A stretch of DNA of 64,000 nucleotides, from NCBI RefSeq assembly GCF_963921235.1, contig NC_086097.1, forward strand, positions 238,392,001 to 238,456,000. The letters are read 5' to 3'. Positions 24,040 through 36,385 of this stretch are shown here, in pieces. The translations under genes and the position numbers were made by a program. Numbering within the stretch: position 1 is the stretch's first letter; the number at the start of each line of letters is the position of its first letter. The notes beneath the pieces are model-generated. The model was not told where the DNA came from and ran no database searches. It saw nothing but the letters and a program-made list of their open reading frames with translations. This DNA is from Mobula hypostoma (taxonomy: Eukaryota).

Positions 24040-24982
24040 AGCTCTAACTACTGCACAGAGTCTTGTCATCTTCAGAAGTTTTCTGATGACTCTGCCATAG
24101 TTGGATGCATCAGCAAGGGAGATAAGGCTGAGTACAGGGCTACGGCAGGAAACTTTGTCACATGGTGTGAGCAGAATTATCTGCAGCTTAATGTGAAAAA
24201 GACTAAGGAGCTGGTGGTGGACCTGAGGAGGGCTAAGTCACCGGTGACCCCTGTTTTCATCAAGGGGGTCAGCGTTGACATGGTGGAGGATTACAAGTAC
24301 CTGGGGATACGAATTGACAATAAACTGGACTGGTCAAAGAACACTGAGGCTGTCTACAAGAAGGGTCAGAGCCGTCTCTATTTCCTGAGGAGACTGAGGT
24401 CCTTTAACATCTGCCGGACGATGCTGAGGATGTTCTACGAGTCTGTGGTGGCCAGTGCTATCATGTTTGCTGTTGTGTGCTGGGGCAGCAGGCTGAGGGT
24501 AGCAGACACCAACAGAATTAACAAACTCATTCGTAAGGCCAGTGATGTTGTGGGGATGGAACTGGACTCTCTCACGGTGGTGTCTGAAAAGGGGATGCTG
24601 TCCAAGTTGCATGCTATCTTGGACAATGTGTCCCATCCACTACATAATGCTCTGGGTGGGCACAGGAGTACATTCAGCCAGAGGCTCATTCCATCGAGAT
24701 GCAACACAGAGCGTCATAGGAAGTCATTCCTGCCTGTGGCCATCAAACTTTACAACTTCTCCCTTGGAGGGTCAGACACCCTGTGCCAATAGTCATAGTC
24801 ATACTTTATTGATCCCTGGTGAAAATTGGACCAATAGGCTGGTCCTGGACTTACTTCCTGGCATAATTTACATATTACTATTTAACTATTTATGGTTTTA
24901 TTACTATTTAATTATTTATGGTGCAACTGTAACAAAAACCAATTTCCCCTGGGATCAATAAAGTATGATTATGACTATGACT
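24040..24982 (+). mobile_element. Rex1/Babar LINE 3' part (RT C-terminus open to 24792)
   Basis: KFSDDSAIVGCI, LNVKKTKELVVD, YKYLG and SFLPVAIKLYN; tail caataaagtatgattatgactatgac. Confidence 0.9.
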
Positions 24983-25675
24983 TAGGATCTGAAAATTAAC
25001 CTTTACTGAAGTTGTTGCTGATACCTCTGGCAGCAATTCTATTCCAAAATGCAAATCTTTCTCATGCTTCTTAAAACCTAATTGGGGGTGTGTTGGGGGG
25101 TGGGGTGGAGTGGAAGAGAAACTTGGACTATATTTTGTATAATGCTATTGACTCCCAGTGATCTTTTGTCTACATCTCAATCCTGTTCAGGAAGTGATAC
25201 ACTTTGCATTACTTTCTAATAAATAGAGGTTCCCACAAGCAAGTAAAATAAAGGCAGAGAAGATGAGAGCAAATTGGAATTTCAGTTTCAGAAAATGTAT
25301 GAAATTAATAAATTTGAGCCTCAGTTCTTAACACATTTTTGACCTGCATTTGCAGTCTAATCAATAAAACCCTGTACAGCATCTGTGGTTCCTTGTCAAG
25401 TGAGGCAACGTTAGATTGTCTTCAGGTAAGTTGATTTAAACAGGAAGTCAATACTGAAATTGCTCACTTAAAGTTAAAATGGACAGCTATATGGACAGGA
25501 AAGGAGTGGAGAGTTATGGGCTGAGTGCAGGTCAGTGGGACTAGGTGAGAATAAGAGTTCGGCACAGACTAGAAGGGCCGAGATGGGCTGTTTCCATGCT
25601 GTAATTGTTTTATGGTAAATGCAGAAACACAACTGTAGCCATGATAAAGCACTGCTAATGTCTATTTATATATAG

Positions 25676-25740
25676 AGTACTGTGCAAAAGTCTTAGAGAC
25701 ATATATAGAGCTAGGGTACCTAAGATTTTTGAACAGTACA
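25676..25740. mobile_element. ~65-bp palindromic Tc1/mariner-type MITE (sister at ~25988-26058)
   Basis: gtactgtgcaaaagtcttag ... ctaagatttttgaacagtac inverted ends; the second copy is cagtactatgcaaaagt...acttttgcataatact. Confidence 0.55.
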
Positions 25741-26409
25741 TCATAATGTTATGTATTGAACTGCACTGCTTCCACAAAAAAATCATGGCCTATATGAGTG
25801 ATGATAAAACCTGTTACTGATGGAGGTAATTGTTTAAAATCAAATGACCTTGCCTGGGTGTGCCTACACCAACACTCCTCTTTTATCACCTGTCCCACAT
25901 CACCTCGAGCACTCCATCCTCACCAACTCCAACATCCTTTGCTCCTACCAGTTTTACAAACTCATTCTCCATTCCACATTAACAAATACAGTACTATGCA
26001 AAAGTCTCACATACCTTAGCAATATGGACATATGTCCAGCACTTTTGCATAATACTCATTGTCAAATCTTTGTTTATAACTACCCCACTTACCTCTTCAC
26101 TTTCTATTATCTTCCACTCATATGAGAAACCATCAATCTCATGGTTTCTTTTAATCAGCTGATGATAATTGGCAATCTGCACAATATTTATCACATTGGG
26201 AGATGGACCAATCAAAAAACAAGATGGTTCAGTTTGTTTAAGAAGCCAGGAGTATTTTGCTGGTGGTAAATTAAGCACAAAATCAGGGATTATCCAATCA
26301 GGGATAACAGAGAAAATGTGTTTTGGAGTTGCTTTTCAAATTAATAACCATGATAGTTTTATTGGCACTTGATACTCCTTAAAGAATCCATCTAACTAAA
26401 TTTATTTTA

Positions 26410-26860
26410 TGAAAGTATGGTTAGACCATATGTGGAGGATTATGTTCAGTTCTGGTAATTTTGTTGTAGGAATAACGCAAAAGGAGTGGAGATTTACCAC
26501 CATACTGTCTGGATTAGAAAACATGTCTGGTGAGGGAAGGTTGAAAGAGCTAAGGTTTTTTCTTTGTAGTGAAGGAGGCTGAGAGGTAACTTGAAAGAAG
26601 TGGAAAAGATGATAAGAGATATTAATCAAATTGACAGCTGGAGACTTTTTCCCCCAGAGTGGAAATGGCTAAGGGGCATAATTTTAAGGTGATCGGAGGT
26701 ATAGGGGGGATGTCAGGGGTTGTTTTTTTTTTATTACACAGAGAGTGGTAGGTGTGTGGAAAGTGTTGCCAGGAGTGATAAAAGAGGGAGATACATTTGG
26801 GGTATTTTAAAGACTGGTTAGGAGCTTAAATACAAGAAAAATGGAGGGCTATGTAGGACA
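26410..26860 (+). mobile_element. CR1 LINE 3' fragment (decayed)
   Basis: cagttctgg...gaggctgagaggtaacttg...acacagagagtggtaggtgtgtgga. Confidence 0.75.
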
Positions 26861-27574
26861 AGTCAAAAATTGAAAATGGAAACCAGTGAAATTAAAGATT
26901 AGATGGGAAGAAAATAAATCATACAATAATTGTTTATAATTTATATCACAATAATGTATTTTTTAAAACTGCCTCTTAAAATCTGAATTTTCAGTGCCAG
27001 CTTGTTTGGTTGTAATTAAAATGGGATGCTAATATTAAAATGATTTGCTCCATTTCCAACAGTTTGAGTGCTTCAATGCAATGGATAAAAATATCGAGCA
27101 GCAACTTCTGGATTTTCTTATTTAGCTGTATGTTTCCAAAGTTGTCTGATTGATACATAAATGACTGTTTCATAATTTATGTACAAATCATCATATTTCT
27201 GGTTTTGTTAATAATATTGACAAAGAGGTTTCCACATTCCCATGTCCTGTAGAGGGCACCAATTTCCCATCTGTCTAAAAATCAACCTGCACCCTTGATT
27301 TGTGAAGGCTTTTTCTGAGAAAATGCACAATTCAGTAAATGGCATAAATGCATTTTCATGCTAATGACAACACCAAAACTAGTATTTTCTTGTGAAATTA
27401 CAATATGAACTATTTAATTTAGTTACCTACTCTATTACCATCTCTGCAACTAGAATAGTTGTTTTCGGTACAGAGTAAGCTCTCTATCCATTGGGGTTTG
27501 AAAAATTACAAAGAGCATACATCATTGAATATAGTTATACTTCCACAGAACAGTGGTAATTATTGCAACACCAT

Positions 27575-28270
27575 CTTTTGGTATTGATTTTTATACCAAG
27601 ATACAAGGAAAAACTTGTCTTGCATACTGTTCATACAGATCAAGTCATTGCACAGTGCATCAATCCAAGACAAGGTTTCTCAACTTGGAATCCACAGACT
27701 CCTTGCTTATTGGAATTGGTTTGTGGTATAAAAAAGGTTGGGAACCCCTGATTTAAGGTAAAACAATAACAATGCAGAATGATGAAGGGTCTTGACCCGA
27801 AACATTGACTGTTTACCCTTTCCCATAGATGCTACCTAACCTGCTGAGTTCCTCCAGCATTTTGGGGATGTTACAATGCAGAACCAAGTGTAAAAGTGCC
27901 AAGAAATGTGCAGTGTATTTAAATAATAAAGTTCAAGGTCATAATGAGGTAGATGGTAAGGTCAAGAGTGGATGTAATTGTAGAAGAGGTCCATCCAAGT
28001 GACTGATAACAGTAGGATAGATGTCCTTGAGTCAGGTGTTGTGTGCTTTGGGGATGTTATATCTCTTGTTCAATGGGAGAGGAGAGAAGAGAGAAAATTT
28101 GGGCTGGGTGGGGTCTTTAAAGAGAAAGTGAGAAGCTTAGACAGAGTCTACAGAGGGGAGGCTGGTTCCTGTGATACACTAAGCTGTTCCCATGATTCTC
28201 TGCAGTTTCTTGCATCATGTAGGGAGCAGTTGCCGTAACAAACTATCATGCATCCAGACAGGGTATATTT
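27575..28270 (-). mobile_element. Decayed Rex1-type tail hosting a hAT MITE (27671-27750) and a PLE fragment (27779-27865)
   Basis: gatacaaggaaaaacttgtcttgcatactgttcatacagatcaa tail; MITE end ggttgggaacccctg; PLE segment gatgaagggtcttgacccgaaacattgactg. Confidence 0.55.
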
Positions 28271-29659
28271 ATGATGTTTAATATGTCAATTGCAAAGCAT
28301 TAAATGAATGTAGCAATGGCTGAAGGGGAGAAAGAACAAACTCATGACTTGAAAAGAAGTTTATTTCAGCCTCTTTGTTTTAGCTCCCTTGTAACAAAGT
28401 TATTTAGAAACTTTCCATATAGGTTATTGTTTCGTGCCTATCTATGCATGTTGCCTATTTATAAAATAACACTATGTCCTTTAGAATTTCTGGAAATTTG
28501 CCAGTGGTTAGGAATATTTTGTAGATTTTTTTATCAGGCCACTTTCACTTTAGATACATACAAGTAGAAAATTTGCCAGACTCCTTTCAATCACTTGCCA
28601 TTTGTTTCGTTTGTCACTGTGGTGAAGGAAATCCATGTGGGGACAGAGACATTGTCTTATTTTTAAAAAGACAAAGCTGGTCTTGTCTTTTCATACAGAA
28701 TAAGTCATTACACAATGCATTGAGCTAGAATAAGGTATAACAGGCACATCGCAAAATAAACTGTGAAAGCTACTAAGAAGTACACTGTAGGTAAATGATA
28801 AAGTTGAAGATCATAATGAGCGAGGTGGTAATATCAAGACCCCACCTGACTGTAAAAGAGGTCCGACCAAGAGATGGACCTTTATTTTTAATAATGGACA
28901 AATTATCTCTTTTGTGAGCTTACAATGGATATGTTTCTTGGCTTTCTGTCAATGTTATTTCTCTTCCAGCAGTGTATTTTCACTTGTTCTCTCTATCTCG
29001 GACTCACTGAGGACTCAATAGAGTGGATACTCTGCACATCCACTCCAGGCTTTTCAACATCTGATAGGTTTCAATGAGATCTCCGCTCATTCATACTATT
29101 ACATGAACAGCTACACCGTGGTGTCACCTGTTTGGTGGAGGTGCCTTTTAATGTTCTGTCTGACTGAAGGTTCCCAACATATTTTCCCATCTGATTTAAA
29201 TGATTTTCATTTGTATAATTTACACACTGTTTGTTCTGATCCTGTGCATTGTTTTACAACCTTTCGATTCTGTAATTAATGATTATGGAAAGATCCATCT
29301 TCTCTTTACATGTTTAGTATTTATAAATGTTAACCCGCAGTCCATCCTTGCCTGCAGACATGTGTTAACTGGAAAGTAAAAGTGACCTATTCAAATTGCC
29401 ACCAGGGAGACGCTGCAAGTCCATCATCACCAAAACTACACGTCATCTCCGAAGCTTCTTCCCTGTCGCTATCCAACTTCTCAACAAAACTCACTTAGGT
29501 GTAAAACTCTAACTGTCCCTGCACGACATCCGTTAGATGGTCTTTCCTGCTTTCCTCGTTCTGTTGATCGTTGTTGAGTCTGTTCATATGTTCACATTTG
29601 ATTATTGATGATTGCACATGAGACTGTTCTGTTAATTGTTGATTTCTCATGGCTGTTTG

Positions 29660-30645
29660 CATTACTGTCTTGTAAATAATTGTTATTCTGTTATCTGTTA
29701 CAGTATGAGAATCAGGTTTCGTACCACTGGCATGCACTGTAAAATGTGTTCACGTTGCAGCAGCAGACCAATGCAATACATAGTAACAGAGAAAAAAACT
29801 GAATTACAATAAGTACATATATTAGTTAAATTAAATAAGAAGTGTAAAAATAAAAAAAATCTTAAAAAAGTAGTGAGTTCATGGGTTCAATATCTATTCA
29901 TAAATCTGATGGCTGTTCTTGAACTGCTGACTGTGTGCCTTCAGGCTCCCGTTCTTTCTACCAGATGGTAGCAATGAAAAGAGGGCACGTCCTGGGTGAT
30001 GGGGGTCCTTAATGATGGATGTCACCTCTTTGAGGCATCGCTCCTTGAAGATGTCCTGTATACTACGGAGGCTAGTGCCCATGATGGAGCTGACTAAGTT
30101 TACAACTTATTTGCAACTCTACTGCTTATTTCAATCCTGTGAAATAGACCACGGCCTCTGACCGCGCCCCCCCCCCCCATACTAGGCGGTGATGCAGCCA
30201 GAAAGAAATGCTCTCTGCAGTAAATTTGTAGAAATTTGTGAGTGTCTTTGGTGACACACCAAATCTCCTCAAACTCCTGATGAAGTATAGCCATTGTTGT
30301 GTCTTTTTTGTAAATACTTCAATATAATGAGCCCAGGACAGGTCCTTGGAGATATTGACACACAGGAACCTGAAATTGCTCATTTGTTCCACTTCTGATC
30401 TCATTATGAGGACTGGTGTATGTTTTCTTGTCTTCCCCTTTCTGAAGTCCACAATCAATTCTTTGGTCTTACTGTCATTGAGTGCGAGCTTGTTGCAGTG
30501 ACACCACTCAGCTAGCTGGCATACCTCACTCCTGTACACTCCCTCATCACCATCTGAGATTCTTCCAACAATAGTTGTTTTGTCAGCAAATTTATAGATG
30601 GCATTTCAGCTGTCCTAGTGATACAGTCATGGGTGTAGAGAGTAT
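29660..30645 (-). mobile_element. Rex1/Babar LINE 3' part
   Basis: ORFs 30126-30539 (KTKELIVDFRK, LYFIRSLRRFG) and 29894-30082 (IIKDPHHPGRALFSLLPSGR). Confidence 0.88.
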
Positions 30646-31149
30646 TGTCCTGTATTTTATGCTTGGCACTGAACCACAATCAATTCTGGACATGTTTCAC
30701 ATCCTGTCAACAAAGAGATTGTGATTCTAAAAGGAGCTTTGATTGTGAGCTTCCCACTTTCGCATTCCGTCATGCCCCACGAACCTATCAAGATCCAGGG
30801 AGTCACGTTATGGAAGGTGCTATGGTATTGGAATTGGATATTGCTGAAAGGCTAATCTGGGACCTGCAGAGAGTAATTGCCGGAGCTGGTGAGGTGGGGG
30901 GGGGGCACATCTCATCAGAAAATGGTGATGTGTTGGGAAGGTAGCTGCTGGTTGGGAGAGAGTTGAGGGGGATAATACAGATAAGTGAGTTAGTGTGTGG
31001 ACAGGAAGGGGAAATCTGAAAGAAAGCTGCTGAGTGAATAAATTAAAGCGACCTACTACTTTTTCTCAGCAGCAGCTTGGAATATTTTTTCCCCAAAGTC
31101 TTTTCCTTTAACTTGATTGCAATACAATGACTCATGCTATTTGGATGAA

Positions 31150-32347
31150 TGCATCCAATAACACCTTAAACCTATGCCCTCTTGTTCTTGATTCCTGAAC
31201 CCTAGGAAAAGACTTTGTGCATTCACCCTTCATGGTTTTATGCACCTCTATAAAATTGCTTTTAATTCTCCTGTGTTCCAATGAATCGGCCTAGCCTGCT
31301 CGTCCACTCTCTATAACTCAGTCCCTCAAGACCTGGCAACCTCCTCGTGCATCTTTTTGGATTCTTTCTAGCTTAGTGGCATCTTCCGATAGGAGGGGGG
31401 CAAAAATGAACACACCACTCCAAATGCAGTCTCATCAGTGTCTTGTGCAACTGTAACATAACTTCTCAGCTTCTAAGTGCAGTGCCTTATTGCTGAAGGA
31501 CAGCAAGACAAAAGTCTTCGCAGCACCCGGTCTACTTGTGATGCCACTTTCAGGGAATCATGTAAGACCATACGACAATGGAGCAGAAGTTGGCCTTTTG
31601 GCCCATCGAATCTGCTCTACCATTTTATCATGAGCTGATCCATTCCCCCATTTAGTCCCAGTCCCCCGGCTTCTCACCATAACCTTTGATGCCCTGGCTA
31701 CTCAGATACCTATCAATCTCTGCCTTAAATACACCCAATGACTTGGCCTCCACTGCTGCCTGTGGCAACAAATTCCATAGATTCACCACCCTCTGGCTAA
31801 AAAAATGTCTTTGCATTTCTGTTCTGAATGGACACCCTTCAATCCTTAAGTCATGCCCTCTCGTACTAGACTCCCCCATCATGGGAAATAACTTTGCTAC
31901 ATTCACTCTGTCCATGCTTTTCAACATTTGAAATGTTTCTTTGAGGTCTCCCCTCATTCTTCTAAACTCCAAGGAATACAGTCCAAGAGCGGACAAACAT
32001 TGCTCATATGTTAACCATTTCATTCCCGGAATCATTCTAGTGAATCTTCTCTGTACCCTCTCCAACATCAGCACATCCTTTCTTAAATAACGAGACCAAA
32101 ACTGCCCACAGTACTGCAAGTGAGGTCTCACCAGCGCCTTATAGAGCCTCAACATCACATCCCTGCTCCTATACTCTATTCCTTTAGAAATGAATGCCAA
32201 CATTGCATTTACCTTCTTCACCACCATGTACTTATGCTCCTAGGCCTCTCTGTTCTACATCGTGCCCCAGGGCTCTACCATTCACTGTGAATGGCTTACG
32301 CTGATTTGTCTTCCAAAGTGCAACACGCTGCACTCATCTGAATTAAA
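31150..32347 (-). mobile_element. Old CR1 fragment interrupted by a younger CR1 (31565-32224)
   Basis: The younger copy has an open 191-aa ORF2 C-terminus (31652-32227) and is flanked by CATGTA (31559-31564 and 32225-32230). Confidence 0.88.
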
Positions 32348-32349
32348 TA

Positions 32350-33290
32350 CTTTTCGAGGAAGTTACAGGAAAGTTGATGAAGGCAAGGCAGTGCATGATG
32401 TCTACATGGACTTTAGTAAGATAATTGACAAGGTCCCACAAGGGAGGTTGTTCAAGAAGGTTCAGTCACTCAGCATTCGAGATGAGGTAATAAACTGGAT
32501 TAGTCATCTATATCAATGACCTGGATGATAATGTGGTTAACTGGATCTGCAAATTTTTGAATGACACCAAGATTGGAGATGTAGGGGACAGTGAGGAAAT
32601 TTATCATAGTTTGCAGAAGGATCTGGATCAGCTGAAAAAATGGCAGATGGAATTTAATGCAGCCAAGTGAGAGGCATTGTACTTTGGGAGGACCAACCAG
32701 GGGAGTTCTTGCATTGTGAATGGTAGGACACTGAGGAATGTGGTAGAACAAAGGGATCTGGGAATAATTCATTAAAAATAGCATCACAGGGAGATAGGGT
32801 GATAAAGAAAGCTTTTGGCATATTGGTCTTCATAGCTCAAAACATTGAGTATAGGAGTTAGAAAGTTATATTGAAGTTTTATAAGACTTTGTTGAGTCCT
32901 AATTTGGAGTATTGTATGGAGTTTTGGACACCTACCTACAAAAAACATGCAAATAAGATGGAAAGTGTAGAGAAAGTGTAGAGATGTTGCCGGGATTGGA
33001 GGATCTGAGTTACTGTATAGGAAAGATTGAATAGGTTGGAACTCTATTCTTTGGAAGGTATAAGTTTGAGGGGAGATTTGATAGAGTCATGCACAATTCT
33101 GAGGGGTATAAATAGGGAAATGCAAGCTGGCTTTTTATTTTCCTGAGGTTGTGTGGGACTACAACTGGAGATCATGGGTTTAGGGTGAAGAGTGAAATGT
33201 GTAAGGGGAACATGAGGGGAAGCTTCTTCACTCAGAGAGTGGTGAGAGTGTGGACTGTTTCTGTGCTGTAGTTTTCTTTGACTCTATATA
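32350..33290 (+). mobile_element. CR1 LINE fragment with internal deletions
   Basis: VDEGKAVHDVYMDFSK..DKVP and INDLDDNVVNWICKF..DTKIG motifs; the tail is joined by a deletion near 33254. Confidence 0.85.
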
Positions 33291-33609
33291 CGTGTCAATT
33301 TCTAAGCAGTAATGCCTTTTACTTTTCTCTACTAACAAGAAACACCAAAACTTATTTGCCTTTATATGGAGACAAGCTAGCAATAAAAATAATTCACAAC
33401 AATGAGTACAATCATGCTCGGAGCACTTAACAATCAGATTACCACCCTGCCCACAATGATAAATATTCCAGATAATTATAAAATCATTACTGTATCTTAA
33501 TAATGCAAAAAGTGTATGTTACAAATAACATGTCATAAATTAGCCCCCAACTGCTAAAGGCTTATTGAAGTGTCATTTCAATAATTTTTGTATTTTTTAT
33601 TATTATATT

Positions 33610-33845
33610 TAGCAATATAGCACCGTTATAGGCTCTTTTGGACTAATGAGGCTCCACTGCCCAATTACACTCAATTAACCAATTAACCTACTAATGCATG
33701 CATCTTTGGAATGGTGGAGAGGAAACCTAAGTACCTGGAGGAAACCCACGCAGTCCCAGGGGGAGCATACAAGCTCCTTAAAGACAGTGAGGGAACTGAA
33801 CACAGGTCACTGATGCTTAATAGTGTTACACTACAGCGCCGCTAT
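33610..33845 (-). mobile_element. V-domain SINE (duplicated at 36895-37130)
   Basis: tctttggaatg...aggaaacc...cctggaggaaacccacgcagtc is the reverse complement of the V core. Confidence 0.75.
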
Positions 33846-33849
33846 AAAT

Positions 33850-34430
33850 GTGTAGATAGATATGGCCCAGTCCATCACCGGTAAAACCCTACCCACCACT
33901 GAACACATCTACATGAAATGCTATTGCAGGAAAGCAGCATCCGTCATCAGGGACCCCCACCACCCAAGATATGCTTTCTTCTCAGTGCTGCCATCAGGAA
34001 GAAGTGTTAGGAGCCGCAGGACCCACACCACCAGCTTCAGAGACAGTTGCTACCCCTCAGCCATCAGGATCTTGAACCAAAGGGGATCACTTCACTTGTC
34101 CCATCATTGAAATATTCCCACAACCAAGGGACTCACTTTCAAGGACTCTTCATCTCATGTTCTTGATATTTATTGCTTATTTACTTATTGTTATTGTTTC
34201 TTTTTTTTTTGTATTTGCACAGTTTGTTGTCTTTTGAACACTGGTTAAATGCCCAAGCTGGTGTGTTCTTTCATTGATTTTGTTATGGTTGTTATTCTAT
34301 AGATTTACTGACTACTACTAGTACTACTACGTTGACTCAGGCCTAGGGGTATGCCTGCAAAAAAATGAATCTCAGGGTTGTATATGGTGTCATATATGTA
34401 CCATGATTATACATTTACTTTGAACTTTGT
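33850..34430 (+). mobile_element. Rex1-type 3' fragment (duplicated at 37135-37715)
   Basis: ORF 33862-34110: AQSITG..VIRDPHHP..FSVLPSGR. Confidence 0.85.
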
Positions 34431-34664
34431 TGGTTGATTTCCTTCCAATATCCACTGGAAATACTATCCAGGGAAGCTGGTAGACTGAAACTGTGAGAGG
34501 TTCTCTGTGAACTCTGTGAGGCTTGGTGTTTGGAGTCTTGCTCCTCTATACTCACCAGGGATAATCATGGCATACCTGGAACTTACAGAATTCAATGTGT
34601 GGGGAGATGTACGTGTTGTTCGATTCTGATATTTTAACCCTCCTTTTGACTATTGGAGTGGGGT

Positions 34665-35435
34665 GGATAGGAAAGATAGTGCAGACTATTATCTAAGTGG
34701 GGAGAAGGTTCAAACATCAGTGATGGAGAGAGACTTAGGAGTCCTCATGCCACGGTTAATTTACGGATTGAGTCTGTGGTAAAGAAGGCAAATGCAACTT
34801 TGGCATTTATTTCAAGGGGAATAGAATATAAAAGCAAGGAGATAATGTTGAGCTTTTATAAGACATTAGTCAGGCTGCCTAGAGTATTGTCAACAGTTTT
34901 GGGCCCCATATCTCAAAAAGGATATGCTGTCAATGGAGAGAGTCCAGAGGAGGTTCACAAGAATGATTCCAGGAATGAAGGGGTGAAAGTATGAGGAGCA
35001 TTTGGCAGCTTTGCGGTTATGCTCATTGGAATTGAAAGGAATATGTGGGGATCTCATTGAAACCTAATGAATATTGAAAGGACTAGATAGGGTAGATGTG
35101 GAAAGGATGTTTCCTATGGTGGAGCTATCCAGAACTAGAGGGCACAGCCTCAAAATGGAGGAGTGACCCTTTAGAACACAGGTAAGGAAGAATTCTTTTA
35201 AGCCAGAGAGTAGTAAATTTGTGGAATGCGCTGCCACAGACTGTGGTGGAGGCCAAGTCTGTGGGTATATTTAAGGCAGAAGTTGATAGCTTCCTGATTT
35301 GTCAGGACATCAAAGGATATGGTGAGAAGACAGGTGTATGGGGTTCAGTCGCATCTGGGATCAGCCATGATGGAATGGTGGAGCAGACACGATGGGCTGA
35401 ATGGCCTACTCCTGCTCCTATGACTTATGGTCTGA
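34665..35435 (+). mobile_element. CR1 3' fragment (duplicated at 37950-38720)
   Basis: VKKANATLAFISRGIEYKSKE..YKTLVR and WNALPQTVVEAKS. Confidence 0.88.
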
Positions 35436-35924
35436 TGGATTTAGATTACATAATTGAAATTGAGGTCTACAATTCTCATTCAGGAAGGACTGCCAAATCA
35501 ATCATCTATCTTGTCCCACTATCTGATGCACGTAGATTCAATACAGTCTTCCCTAATCACTGAGTTTCTTGAAACAACAAATTTCACATCATATAAGTCA
35601 GTTAATATACATCAGATTCCTTATTTAAATACTCACAACCTATGCTAACCTGAAAAAGTGTCTCACCTCCAAACATCAACTGTTTACTCTTTTCCATAGA
35701 TGCTTCCTGGACTGCTGAGTTTCTCCAGTATTTTGTGTGTATTGCTTTGGATTTCCATCTTCTGCTGATTTTCTTGTGTTCCTAATCTATTGTATTTACT
35801 TCTGTAGTGACCTCTTAATTGGGAATGTATTGCTGTCCGATCCAAAACAGTTTTCTGTAATGTTCTGCCTAAATTGGAAACTCCTATCCATTGGCCATAT
35901 TCTTATCAACAATTTATTTTAGAA

Positions 35925-36385
35925 CAGCTTGAAGATAAAGCACTCCAGCGTGTGGTGGAAACTGCCAGCGGATTATCGGCACCCAATTGCGCACCATTGA
36001 GAACATCTACCATAAACGCTGCCTGGGCAGGGTGAAAAGCATTATCAAGGATGCATCTCAACCTATCCATGGACTTTTTACTCTCCTCCCATCCGGTAGG
36101 CGCTACAGGAGCCTCCGCTCCCGCACCAGCAGGCACAGGAAGAGCTTCTTCACTGAGGCTGTGACCCTGCTGAACCTCACATCACAGTGCTAAGCAGTAT
36201 TGCACCCATATTGTACTGTCTCAGTACTTTTATATTTGTGTGCTGTAGCACTTGCTTTTTATTCGCAGTTATTTTGTAAGTAACACTATTCTTTGTATTT
36301 CTGGTTAGATGCTAACAGCATTTCATTGGCTTTGTATCTGTACTTGGCACAATGACAATAAAGTTCAATCTAATCTAATCTAATC
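35925..36385 (+). mobile_element. Rex1-type 3' fragment with (CTAAT)n tail (duplicated at 39210-39670)
   Basis: SIIKDASQPIHGLFTLLPSGRRYRSLR..SFF; caataaagttcaatctaatctaatc. Confidence 0.85.
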
